Shown here piece by piece: positions 1-12,165 of a DNA stretch of 64,000 bases. This stretch comes from Camelus dromedarius. Lineage: Eukaryota. A program made the position numbers and the translations under genes. Location of the stretch: the NCBI RefSeq assembly GCF_036321535.1, contig NC_087472.1, positions 99,884,001 through 99,948,000 of the forward strand, in the 5' to 3' direction. The notes beneath the pieces were generated by a model. The model was given only the letters and a program-made list of their open reading frames with translations, made no database searches and was not told the origin of the DNA. Position 1 is the first letter of the stretch; each line of letters starts with the position of its first letter.

Positions 1-160
1 AAATCCCAAACTCCTACTTTATCCTTCCAATAAACAACAGGGTCCTACTGTTTAACGAGAAAGAATATATGTGTGTATAACTGAATCACTATACTGTACA
101 CCAGAAACTAAGACAACACTGTAAATTGACTATACTTCAATATAGAATTTTAAAAAAAAC
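1..160. mobile_element. L1 3'-UTR fragment with 5' inversion (1-28 minus, 29-160 plus with A tail)
   Basis: aataaacaacagggtcctactg...ctgtacaccagaaactaa...ctatacttcaat plus A tail is the reverse complement of the L1 ends at 13680-14000 and 63763-63933; bases 1-28 match those copies directly. Confidence 0.75.
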
Positions 161-2744
161 TTCCCCACAAGCACCTCTCTTGACACAACTGAAGGGTTGC
201 TGGTGTTTGGTAACGGAACATTTGTTGAAGGAAATGCAATCTGGGTGAAGTGTTCTCTACCCAGTACTCATAACAGCATCTCCTGTGTGCATAGTTCTCT
301 TACTGTACGATTCATGGTATTGGATGCTGGGTGGGAAAAACAGCAAACTTTTATACACCATTTCCCATGGACCAGAGAGGTTAAGTAACTTGCCCAGGGG
401 AAAACAGATAGTCACTGCCAGAGCTAGATTTGAACCTGTGGGTGGTTTAACTCGAGTCCCTGCTCTCTCACTCCGAACTGTACTACAGTACAGGGTTACA
501 GAATTATCTGGTGGCCTTGGCTACATTAAAACAACAGCAACAGCAACAATACAAATCCTAATTAGCATGAGGGGTACCCTAATCTGTCAGGTTCTAAGAA
601 CCTGCTAGGAGTCTTGGCTGAGCTGGGTGTGAGGCTACTGTGAGAGTTTTTTTTTTTAATATGTAGCCACATTCAATTGGAACCACGACTTCCTGTGAAT
701 GCCTTATGATGTTATTTGAAGAAGGGCAACAAGCATATGAATTTCTAAAAAGTTTCTTGAATTATATTGATTTTTAAGAATGGATGCAATTAGTAGTTCT
801 CATTAGTCCTAAGGATTATTTATCTTGGCATGCTTTGCTTCCACATGGAGCTTTTAATACACAGAGACTTTGCAGCTTCTGCTGCTGTGATGGTATAGGA
901 GTCAGACGTGGCTGGTAGCTTTAAACATGCGCAGTAATGCACGTGTGGATGCTGCCAGCACAAATGGAAAAATGTATCGCCTTAATTGAAAAAACAGGCT
1001 GTGTCTAGCCTTTTGACTCCCTTTACATTTAATCTGACTACTCACAGTTTCTGGGAGGGTGGGAGGGAGGGAGGGAGCGGGATTTGGCCCTGTTGTTCAT
1101 CCGAAAGATCTTGACAAATTGAGCAGCCTGAATTCTGATGGTAACCCCCCCGCCCCACTGCTCCTCTCACTTGTCAAAGGGAAACAAGCAAGACACAACC
1201 AGGGAGATTCTGAAGCCAGATGATGGTGTAGTTCGAGCTTCTCAAACTCTACAGTGCCTTCTTACAGATCCATTCTGCCTACTCCATCTTGATAAAATGC
1301 AGATTCGGATTCAGGGAGTCTGGGCTGGGTGGGTGGGGGAAGGCTGAGATTGATCCTACTTTGAGTAGCAGGGCTGTAACTGACCCTGTCCACCCAGCCT
1401 TCTATTTTTAGGGCTGTCTTGATCACCTGAATCACCTGGGGGAGTTTGAACACCGTGGATCCCCAGGCTCCACACCAAACCAATACATTAGAGTCACTGG
1501 GGCTGAGGCCAGATAGATGTTTAGGAAGAAAAAAAAGCTACTGAAGTGATTTGATAATAAATCTGCCAGCTTTTTTTTTTTTTCGGTGGGGGGAGCAGGT
1601 AATGACAGCTTTGAAAATTTCACTGTAGGAATCAGATTGAGATGCTTAAAGACAAACTTTCTGACATCCTAAGAGCTTCCTGTTTGATCTAAGCTATATG
1701 AGAAATCTTAGCACCCTCCCACCCTCCTCCCCGCCCGCACCCAAGGGAGTTGACCGGTTCTTCTTCATGATTGTGCCCAGTCTGCCTTAAATCAGAGAGC
1801 ACAGAGGAAAAAGGAGAGCACTTAATGATTAGTTTGTTGACCTGCTTAGCATTAGATAATGTCTGCGAAGGCTCCCGGAGTACGTCCAGGGAAGCTGGGG
1901 CCCAAATATGGAAAAGAGGAGTCATGATTATGAGGTAGGAGTTGAAATTACTGTCGCGAATAAAGTGTTGTTTCAGCTCTTTCCTGCGCTCCTGGGTTTG
2001 AGTTTCATTTTGGGTGGTGTTCAGAGAGCCAGGACAAGCTGGGTGGGAGGGCTGGCCTATGCCTTTGTTGTGACGAAACACCAGTTCCATGGTGGGCTTC
2101 TGTGGGTTGCTCCTTTCAGTGTGGCTTTTTCTTTTTTTGATCACTGAGGCTCTCCAGCAACTGGCTTTTTAACATTTCTGAAATTTTGCTATTGATCTTT
2201 GCCCCTGAGATCCCGCAGGAAGGTAAGACACCAGGTGGAGACGATCTTGCCGGCATTCCTCCTTCTATTGGGTCCCTTTTAAAATGTGTAGTCTTGCTTT
2301 AAAATCAGGTATTTCCCATTTTTGTTGCATTTGTGACTTTTGGTGCCCCAGCTCCTTACCTTGTCTAAGGGTTAGAAAAAATAAGGGAAACCCCATAGTC
2401 AGAAAAGAAAAAAGTCGGACGTTCCTTCTCTTCCTTTTTTTGAAAGCTTGTACACAGCCAGAGGGATGATGTGCATTGTCACTGTTACCTCTGCACCAGG
2501 GAGCATTCTGGCCGAGAAGCAGAAATGCTCGGCGTGGTAGGAGATAAGGGATTTCTTACAGGGTTGCATGTACACGATATGGGCGCCTGTGTCCCTTGCT
2601 GAGCCCGAAGTCACTGTAGGAAAGTGGACGTGGGTGGGAGCCAGGACACTTGGAACCTACCTCTCGCTCTCCCACTCCCAGTGTCAATGACACAAGTGAC
2701 CTACGGGAAAAGCTGGTATCCTTCCCCGAAGAGAAAGATCAGAC

Positions 2745-3170
2745 CAATTCAGTGGGCATCCATTGAGTGTCTATCATGTCTGGAGTGCTGTTCTAGGCCC
2801 TGGAGTACAGTCTGGTGGGAGAGACAGACCCAGAAACACTTTTCCACCCCAATGTGGTGAGTGCCGTATATGCTCAGGGAGCCAAAAGGGAGGGGACCTA
2901 AGAGCCTGGGCAGGATAGGAAGGGCTAGATCAGGTGGAGAGGACTGAGGAAGAGGATGTAGTGTGAGCAGAGGCAGAGGGGACACAGTGTGAAGAGTTTC
3001 TGGAAGTCAGTCTTGCCATTGAGTAAAATGGGAAGTGAAGCCAGGAGGTGACAGGAACTTGCATACCTTTGTGAGGAACTTGGATTCTAAAGGGAATCAA
3101 GAAGCACAGAAGGAAGGATTTTAAGCAGGGGTGTGCTGCCGTCACGTGTGGATGGAGGAAAGTTCCTTCA
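2745..3170 (-). mobile_element. L2 LINE 3' fragment
   Basis: ccattgagtgtctatcatgtctgg..tgctgttctaggccctgga and ggattttaagcagggg are L2-like motifs. Confidence 0.55.
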
Positions 3171-3207
3171 ACCTGTGACTTCTGAAGGAGAATCTGTGCC
3201 CATGCAG

Positions 3208-3420
3208 CTTTTTTTTTTTTAAACAAGTCTATTGAGATCTAATTTATATACTGTAAAATCCACCCATCGGAAGTGTCCCGTTCAGTGGTTTTTAGTATAT
3301 TTGCCAAGTTGTGTAACCACCACAATCTAATTTTTGAACATGTCCTCACCCCTCAAAGAAACTTTCTGCCCATTTGCAGTCATTCCCATTTCCATGTCCA
3401 GCCATAGGCAAGAAGTCATC
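3208..3420 (-). mobile_element. L1MB/MC-type 3' end
   Basis: Poly-T, then attgagatctaatttatatactgtaaaatccaccc...ttcagtggtttttagtatatt...tgtaaccaccacaatc. Confidence 0.7.
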
Positions 3421-3540
3421 TTTGTAATTTCTCCTTTTTCTTTAACATTAAGGGGAATGTTTTCTATGAGTGTTTTATTAACTTTAAGGAGTCTCTTTGC
3501 CAAATTACAAACTCTTACTCTTGGCTCCCCAGACCATTCC

Positions 3541-3990
3541 TGTCAGCAATGCTTTAGATTGCATATAACAGAAACCTGTCTGGGACTGGCTTAAATACAG
3601 ATGCCTGCTGTCTCATGTAATTGGGAGGCTACAGGTAGGGTAGACCCAGAGGGCAGTATGATCAGCTGCTTAACGTAACATCAGAGACCTGTGTTTTTGC
3701 TGTCTCTCCACAGTGTCGGTCTGGCAGTAGCTTCACCCAAGTGCTGGCCTCTCTGGTCGTGAGGCAGTTGTAGGATGGCATCCATTGTCAGTGGGGCCCC
3801 CTGCTTCCTCCTTCATAGTGGGTAGGTAGGAGGAGTTCCTTCCTACAGTCTGATGGGTGAGCTTAGTTCCTGTTGCCCACCCTAAACCAATTAACTAGGC
3901 TGCTCTCTGGAGCTGGGAGTGGGCTCTATGGGGGCTGGGTGGGCACCTGTGACCAATAGTGGGATCTGCTCAGGAGGCTTGTGAGGAACA
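3541..3990 (-). mobile_element. Old MaLR LTR (MLT1J/K/L-like)
   Basis: tgtcag..gctttagattgcatataacagaaacc...actggcttaaa terminus. Confidence 0.5.
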
Positions 3991-4899
3991 ATACATGAGC
4001 ATCTTTGAAGCTGACCCTAGCTTTTTGTCTCTGTGAAAAGTGTCATGAATTGAGATCTCTCTAGTTCAGGAGTTCATCACAGTTTAGTCAGGGAGTGCTC
4101 TGAAGTTTACTTTTGGATAATATAATAGTGTGGGTAAAATTGGGACCGGTGGTCACATTAACTTATGTGGGAAATAAATGATTTAAGTCTCATTAGAAAA
4201 ACCTGTTTGCTTTAGGCTCGAAATGTTTAACTGTGTCACTAGTAGTAAATAATAGAACATCATTCTTATCTAGTTATTAAGTTAGCCCCTTGGAATCTCT
4301 CCTGGAGGAAAAAAAATATAATCCTGTCCTGAATATGTCAGTATTCGAGTTACTATATGAACTTGAAATGAACAAAAATTGACTTTGTTTCAAGTATAAT
4401 TCACGCTTCACTAAGCCAAATAGACAGTCTGCCAGTTATTTGGACTTTACTAAATTTTGCTTTATATGTAGTGAAAAAGCAAGGTAGGCCTCTGCTTTGC
4501 AAAGTAGTTTATTTGATTATGAGCTGTATTTTCAAGTCTGTTTTGGAGTGAGGTTTGTCCTCATGTAAGTACTGAGCGTTTGCTGGTGCAGCTCTTAATG
4601 GTGAGAACGGATGTTGAAGAAAGCAAACACCATATGCCCTTTGTTTCCCGTGCATGTCCCCTCCTGGAGGCTGGGTGGAGTGTTTCAGCTGTCTCGAATA
4701 ATCTCCATTTTGCTGTTGCTGCAGACTTTGCGGTTCTCCAACTCCCCCCCCGCCCCCCACGTTAGTTACAACTTCTTCCTAATTAGGTGGCTCGTCTTCC
4801 TCTTTCTCCTCCTGGGTCACAAAGGTTCCACATTCTCAAGTGCCAGAGACTGGATTAATTTTGAAAAAAGCGTTTCACTTGATTTGTGACAGAAATAAG

Positions 4900-5100
4900 A
4901 GCAGAGGAGAAAAAAAAAAACCCACCTAGTGTGAATGTGTAGTGGGAGGGGCGGGCGGGCTGGGTACGGGACAGGATGCTTAGAATAATTCTGCTGCCAA
5001 GTGAATCACAGAGACTTGCAGTTCTCGGCAAGCACGGAACACACTCCTGCCCAGAGTTCAGACACAGTCAGCCCGCGCTCACCATTTCATACTCCACAGT
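4900..5100 (+). promoter_or_regulatory. Internal TATA-less promoter and 5'UTR of the alternative first exon
   Basis: GC boxes gggaggggcgggcggg (4944-4959) ~150 nt upstream of the ATG; local CpG enrichment; no recognisable repeats. Exact TSS not determinable. Confidence 0.6.
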
Positions 5101-5151
5101 ATGGAGTTTTCCACAGCCAAAGCCCCGAGTGCCGCGGATGCGTCTGAGAGT
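5101..5151 (+). CDS. SH3KBP1: SH3KBP1 (CIN85/Ruk) alternative first coding exon of the isoform lacking SH3A (CD2BP3/isoform-b type)
   Basis: ATG in strong Kozak context (cagtATGG). 17 codons MEFSTAKAPSAADASES, then a GTAAGT donor at 5152 (phase 0). Resembles the recalled human isoform-b N-terminus MEVSAAKAPSAADLSEI and joins in frame to the exon at 46833. Confidence 0.9.
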
Positions 5152-6984
5152 GTAAGTAGGCCATACATCTGTTTCGATTGTTACCACATCTGCATCTTTT
5201 GTAGCCTCTTGTCTGACTACTTCGTAGGCTGGGCGGGAGACATGATGGGGAATTTGGTTCTGGCTCAGTCCTTCGGCGATGGTGAGCAACACCGTTTTCC
5301 ATTTGGACCCTGGTGTCAGTTTTCTTGTTTGTGGAGGAAGAGAATGTCTTTCCCCAAGCCCTCCTCTGTGATAGAAGTGGCTTTTGGCTGAGCCCTCTGC
5401 GTAGCAGCATCTGTAAAGATGGTGAACAGCCCTGTCAGTCTGGTATGAGGGCTTGTTCCTTCTCCTGACTGCTATCAATGCGTTTTTTTCCAGGCGACAC
5501 AGCACACAAGACGACCCCAGCCAGCCAAGCCCACTCCAGAATCCCCACGCCTGCAGGTGGCCCTTTCAGCATTGAAGTGTCCTTATCAAGGGTTGGGAGC
5601 AGGTAGCATTTCTGAGGCCGCTGGCAGGTGTGGGAGGCTGGGATGAAGCTGTGGAACCCAGCTTTCCTGGGGCAGGCAGGAATAAAGGGGCGGGAGGTGA
5701 GACTGAGATGGGAGGCAGGACAGAGCTCTAGATTGGGGTCTGTTCAGGGCACTGTCCTGTTGCTCGTGCCTGTCAAGGCGGCAGGCAAGGCTCAAATCCT
5801 CACTAAGCTAACCGTAGCCCTGGGCCACTAACAAAAATCTCTCCTAGTCTTAATTTTCTCATTTGAAAATTGTAATCATTGCACGTCATGGTATTGCTGG
5901 ATTATTTGAAGTAATGAGAGTGAAAGCCCCTGGCGCTTGGTAGGCACTCTCTGAGTGATGTATTTTGCCCTTTTTACCCCTTCTGCTTCCGTAGTGGGTT
6001 ATTATACCATCAATGCAAGTAGTGTGCTGAAATGCCCCCAGCTTGTTTGGGGGCAGCCTTTGTGGCTGTTGCATTCTCTTGGTTGGTGTCATAGGTTTAT
6101 CTTGAGATTGGCCAGTTGGCCTGATTGCCCTTTTGGTCATGGCCAAGCGACTCCCTGGAACAAGGAGGTCTCCGGGGGAAGGTGTGAGAAGATCATTCTC
6201 ATGTCTCACAGATCTGTTTGCATGAAAGATCATGGGGACTGGGGACCCAGGTCAGGAGGCTGTGTCATGAGTCCTGGAGGGAGAGTGATCATTCAGAAGA
6301 GCCAGTTCTGGTTCAGCTTTGAGTTTCCAAGTTATGAACACCTATATTCAGCCGGCACAAGGGAGAGGACAAAGAAAAGATAAACCTTGAAGAACACTGC
6401 GCAGTAGTTCATCTGATTTCTGATTCAGAAGTCGGTGTAGGACACTGTTGTGGTGACTTTCCGTTCAGTTGTTTCAGACAACTTGTTCATGGATTTAGGC
6501 AACCACTATGCACAGTGATCAAGTCCTAGTTGCCTTCTCACCATTATGTGTATTTGCTTGTTTAGGGGACTTTCTAGAGCTTGTCTTGTTAATTAGGTTT
6601 ACTCTGTGCTTTATATTTGCTGACTGCAAGTTTAATTACTAATGATAGCATTTCCTTGTCAGTTACAAGTTCTCCCACCCCTTCCCCCCATTGAATTCCA
6701 CATATTTTATCACCTATTTAGGCTACAGTTGTTTGCCTCTAGCTGGCAGGACTCCTCAGGTACTGTACCCATGAGCTCTAACACAGTGCTAATTTTTATG
6801 ATTGATTTTGGAGACATCGTGTCATCTGTATACTTCTCGTGAACGATGATTTAAGAGTACCTTTTTTTTTTCTTAACCAACATCACAATCATGTATCACA
6901 GTTTACCAACCTTCAGTAGCTGTCTACTGCTCTTCACTGAAATCTGCTTTCTTGCCCATGGCCGCTGTGCCTTGTATGGTCTGG

Positions 6985-7472
6985 CACGTGCTCGCCTTGC
7001 CAGCCTCGTCGCGGTCATCTTTCCCCTTGGCCACTGTCTTCCACCACACCGGCGCCCTGGCTGCCCAGCTCCTGCGGAGTCCTTTCCTGCTGCTGGGCCT
7101 GGGCACTTGAGGTGCCCTCTCCTGGGAGCACCCTTCCTTTCTCTGGCTCTTGCTTGGCTGGCTTGCTCCGCTTTCGGGCGTTACTCAGAGAAGCCCTCCT
7201 GGGCCATCTTATCTAAAGGGACTTCCTCCATCTTAAGTTTCCTTTCTCCCTTCCTGTCACATCACCATATCTCTTTCTTGCAGAGCCATTATGTCGCAGC
7301 CTGTAAATCCCTCTTTGCCTCATTGATTTACTTGGCACTTGCTGTCTCCCCACCCTCTCTGATTTCAGCCCCGGTGCGGGCAGAGTACTTGTCTGTCTTA
7401 TTCCACTGTATTCCCAGCCCCTAACTCAGTTCTCGACCCACGTAGCTCAACAAATATTTGTTGAATGAATAG
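6985..7472 (+). mobile_element. L2 LINE 3' end
   Basis: gtctgtcttattccactgtattcccagcccctaac...ctcaacaaatatttgttgaatgaat terminus. Confidence 0.75.
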
Positions 7473-8450
7473 TGGCTTTGGATGATTGATACAGTGGATG
7501 ACTTTTAAGTAGTGTGTGACTGCAAGCTGATAGAGTTCCATCTCTTCTGTGCTGGACCCTCCCCACCTCACATGTCTCCATCAATGCTCTGGCACTTTGG
7601 GAGTACTCTGGACCCCAGGGCCCTGTTTCCCTCTCCTGGTAAGCCCCTGGTTGGTGTCCAGAGTAGCCCTCTGTTTTAAGCATCATTTTTATTCTCAAAA
7701 TGAAAACCACCTGTCTTGAAAGTGATTTGCTTTAAACAAATACTTATTTCTTTACCGAGACCTTCTCCCCTTCTGCCTTTCCCTGCCCCCTGCCAAGAAT
7801 AGTAGGAAAACCCTCTTATCTTGCAAAGTGGTTTTCCCTCTGGTCAGAATCTAAAGCTGGACAATTTACCACCTGGTATGCTGGGCAATAGCTTGACTGC
7901 CCTGCCGGTCTCAAACATTAGCGGTTTGTTCTCCTGAGGGGCTTGAAGGGGTCCTGTGATGGGGACTGGCCTTGATACTGCTCATCTTTGGCTGTTTCCT
8001 TTAAACATCCATCCTGTAGATAAGGAACCTAGCCCAGGCCACCATGAAAATGGCGGCAGGGGCAGGGACAGTATCTCAGTGCTGTGTGGTGGGCTGTTTG
8101 TCAGCTCATTGATCCCTTACAGCAACTCCAGGGAGTGGATAATATTACCCCCATTTTAGAGATGGTGGAATGGAGGCTTACAGAGGTTACATAGGTTCTA
8201 ACCAGCCAGGGTCTGAACCCAGGTCTCCCTGGCTTCTAAATCCATGTATTTAGTTGGTATACTCGGTGTTTCTTAGGCTTTTTTGGACTATGTCCTGCAG
8301 TTTAAAAAAAAAAATCTGGCAACTTAGTACACATGTGCTTATATGCACACATACATGTGGCTGCAAAACACTTCCTGAAGCTGTAGTTGCCTTCCCTGTG
8401 TGTGATACACTCTTAGATTCTCCATTCTTTTCAAAGAATGCTGGTCAGCA

Positions 8451-8730
8451 TGTAGCAGGATTCCCTTCTTTTTAAAGGCTGAGTAATACTTCATTGTATG
8501 TATATGCCACAGTTTCTTTATCCAGTCATCTGTCAATAGACATTTAGGTTGTTTCCATGTTTTGGTTGCCAGGGGCTAGGGTGGGGAAAGTGGGAGGTTG
8601 CTGTTCAGTGGGTATAAAGTTCCAGTTATGCCAGATGAATGTGTTCTAGAGATCTGCTGTACAGCAATACTGTATTGTGCACTTCATTTTTTACAGGTTC
8701 TCAAGTTAAATGTTCTCACCACACAAAAAA
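8451..8730. mobile_element. L1MA-type 3' fragment with inverted 5' part (8451-~8565 minus; ~8565-8730 plus)
   Basis: Minus-strand motif ggctgagtaatacttcattgtatg...catttaggttgtttccatgttttgg joined to a plus-strand 3' end (gttctagagatctgctgtacagca...gttctcaccacacaaaaaa). Degenerate TSD at 8434-8450 / 8726-8742. Confidence 0.75.
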
Positions 8731-10005
8731 TACTGATGAGCACCTTCTAAATTGATTATGTGGCCCATTGATTGATGGCAACCCAAAGTTTGGAAACAAT
8801 TTGACACACACTAGTGTAGGTGATATGTAATATATGCTTACTTTACATGGAGGTTTACATGATATAGGTGACTTTAAAAAATGTTTATGGAAATATAATA
8901 TACATATATAAAATGCATATAAGAGGAAGCTTGTTGAATTTTTGCAAACTGAACATATCTGTGTAACCATCGAATCAAAACACACACCACTAATTTAAAT
9001 TTCTTTGAGTTAAGACAGGCATGGAGTACAACAGAAAGAGGCCCATGATTTGTTCTGAATTATGTACATCCAGGTTACTTGATAGAATTTCTCTTTTTTA
9101 GGTCTATATTTTGTGTTCCCAGGGATGGGGCCTGACTGGCGTTTTAGATCTAACAGCTGCTCAAGGACTGGAATGAGGCCTCCGTAGGGGTGGTCAGAAG
9201 TGGGCACAAAAGAAGGCTGGCTGAGGGTGGGCCTGGCAAATGGGAATGAGGAGGAGGAGGAAAAGGCAGGGCCGGCAGCTGAATGCAGAAACATTCAGGT
9301 ATGAGGATTTATGGTAATAGTATGAAATCGAGATCAGTTTTACTGAAATTGGGGAGGGGTGCATGGGAAGGAGGGAAGGGAACTTGTGATTAGTGTTTCA
9401 AGTCCCTAGAAGCCAATGAACTTTTGTTTGAAATAAGGAACGTCCACCTCTTACTGTTGAGTATTGGCTTTTAGAGAAAATTGTTTGAACATACTGAATC
9501 AAACTGCTTATTTCTTGGCGAAAGACATAAGTGGATCTCAATACAAAAGCTAGCTAGAGTAACTTAGTGTTCATAATGTATGTGTTCTGTAAAGCTGTCA
9601 GGGTGGACAGATTATACTCAGTTCGTTGTAACGGAATATGTGTAGAAATGAAAGGGAGCAAATACTTTCATGTGCTTTTATTTATATATTTATTTTTACT
9701 TTTTAATGTGCTTTTAAACATTACATGCTATTACAAAACTTAATGTGCTTGGTGAAATGCAATGATAGCTAACTTTGTCAAACTGCAACAGCTTCCACTG
9801 AATCAGGGACTTTGGGATAATGATAAAATCCTTTTGTCTTTGTGGATTAGGTAAGCTCTTTTTCATTGTTCGTGTTTATGAAGGAGACTTTGAACTCTTA
9901 GACATTGGGTATGTGTTTCCTGTCATTCTTGATCTGTGGTGCTCACTGTGGGTTTGTGTTTAATTCTGTATGTGTTGTGATTGTGTATGTGTATGAAAAG
10001 GACTG

Positions 10006-10006
<1 letters not shown>

Positions 10007-10043
<37 letters not shown>
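10007..10043. repeat. (CA)18 microsatellite
   Basis: Perfect CA run. Confidence 0.98.
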
Positions 10044-10045
<2 letters not shown>

Positions 10046-11069
10046 TGGCACAAGAGGACACACCCCAATGGGGACAGGGAGTGTGTGTATCTGATGTACT
10101 GTTCCTTTCTTGGAGCCAAGCATCGTGCCAGGGCACTAAGTACTTGCTGAATGAATGGAGAGAAAAGAGGGGTAAATCACAGCCAGCACTTACCAGTGTG
10201 TCCTACGTGCTTTGCCTCTTTTCTCTGATCTAGTCATCATAACAAGCCTGTGAGGTGGGCGCTGTGAATATCCGTATCTTTAGAGTGACCTCGTGTCCCT
10301 GTTTGCTAGAGGACTGTCCTGGTGTCTGCCTGTTGTCCTAGCATTGACATTGTTAGTGCCCTTTTTGTTTCCAAATGTCGTGGGTCAGATGATAAATTAT
10401 TTCACTCTGAAGGGTTTTGGTTTGGATAGACAGATAAGGAGACCAAGGCAGAGAGAAGCTACGTCACTTTCTCCAGTCACCAGCCAGTTTGAGGGCGTGC
10501 TGGGATTCTTTCCTAGGAGTCTGACTTCAGGTCTTGTCACTTGACCACTAAGATCTGCAGCTTCACAACTTAGATCAAGAAACATGTAGTATAAAAACAG
10601 CATGTTTGATGTTTTTCAGTCTCCATATTTAGTGAAAATCATTGCTGTGGTAGGTGACACAGGGCAGTAGGTGTGTGCTAGGTGAAGACCCATTGAAACC
10701 CTCTCTGTGTTTTCATTGGTGAACCTGGACAATTGGTATCCTAGAGTGATAATACCGTTTACACGTGCATGGTGCATGTGGTTTACAAAACCCTTTCTCT
10801 GACAGTATTGTATTGAAACTTCTTGTACGCCCCGTGACATGGGTGGTGGTATTTCCATTTTATAAAGGAAGGTGCAAGATCAGCAGGATGATGTGGTCAC
10901 CTACCTGAGGTTTTCCAGCCAGAAAAGGAGCTGATCCAGGATTCAACTCAGATATTCTGTCTCCACCAGCAGTGCATTTTCCACCGTGACGGCCATGCCT
11001 TGTATAGCTATTTGAGGGTGCTGTTAGTGGAAGATTAGGATGACCCCTGGAAACTCATTAACCCTAACA

Positions 11070-11291
11070 CAAGATTTCTTGATCTGGACACCGTTCACAT
11101 TTGGGACTATTTAAGCCGATTGTGGGGACTGTCCTGTGCACTGTAGAATGTTTAGCAGCATCCCTGACTTGTACCCACTCGGTGCCAATAGCAAACACTT
11201 CCCTTCCTCTCCCAGTTGTGACAATGAAAAATGTCTCCAGGCAGTGTCAAATGTCCCCTGGTTCACAGTTGCCCCAGGTTAGGAAGCCCTG
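11070..11291. mobile_element. MER20 hAT-Charlie MITE
   Basis: ctgtcctgtgcactgtagaatgtttagcagcatccctg...ccagttgtgacaatgaaaaatgtctccag...caaatgtcccctgg is the MER20 signature. Confidence 0.85.
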
Positions 11292-11932
11292 GCCTAAATA
11301 TAATAGCAGCATTTAAAGGCGGGAAAAATACAACCTTAAAAAGGTTAGACCTGTCATTTCCCCCTCTCTCTCTCTAGTTTCTAAAGCATCAGAAAAACTA
11401 TCGAAAGACCCGCAAAGGGGAAGAAAAGAGGACAAGCAACACATTTCATGTGGAATTCACTTCAATAGAAGAATGTTGGGTTCCTGTCCCTAGGAAGGAT
11501 AAGATAGCCAGCAGTTTTCAAGTTAAAAATCACAAAATTAAAATTGTTTTTTAATAGAAAAGTTGGAATAGAGATCAGCTGAAATATACACATACAAATT
11601 CTCCTGTAATCCCACTGCCCAGAGATAACCACAAGTCACATTTATGCTTTAACTCCTTTTAACCTTTCCCAACACGCATGTGTAAATACACGTATCTTTT
11701 TCCAAATAGGGCTGTGCCACAAATGCTGTTGTAATCAGCTTTTTGTTTTAGCTTAAATATGCCACAAACATCTTTCTATATCTGCAGTATAGGGATGCAG
11801 AGCATTTCATTGTATGGCTACAGTACAGTCTATTCACTCAGCCTCCTCTTGTTTTGTTTCCAATTTTGCTTTTGCTATTACATGTGAAACTCTAATGAGG
11901 ATTCATGTGTGTGCTTCTAAGCCCTTCAGAGC

Positions 11933-12165
11933 TTTTTTTTTGGTGTATGTATATTTTTATTGACGTATAGTCACTTTACAATGTTGTGTTAATTTCTGGT
12001 GTACAGCATAATGCTTCATACATATACATACATATATTCATTTTCATATTCTTTTTCACCATCGGTTACTACAAGATATTGAATATAGTTCCCTGTGCTA
12101 TACAGTGTGAACTTGTTGTTTATCTATTTTATATGTATTAGTTAGTATATGCAAATCTTGAACTC
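11933..12165 (-). mobile_element. Artiodactyl/camelid L1 3'-UTR fragment
   Basis: Poly-T, then tttacaatgttgtgttaatttctggtgtacagc...caagatattgaatatagttccctgtgctatacag, shared with other copies in the window. Confidence 0.85.

Noticed and set aside
1902..1911. Isolated CArG box CCAAATATGG
   Set aside because: Several such 10-mers are expected by chance in 64 kb, and there is no supporting context.
5101..5391. 96-aa ORF MEFSTAK...VAFG as a standalone protein
   Set aside because: Only the first 17 codons are exonic; the rest is read-through past the GTAAGT donor at 5152.
6891..7424. 177-aa ORF
   Set aside because: It largely overlaps a decayed L2 element and shows no protein similarity I recognise.
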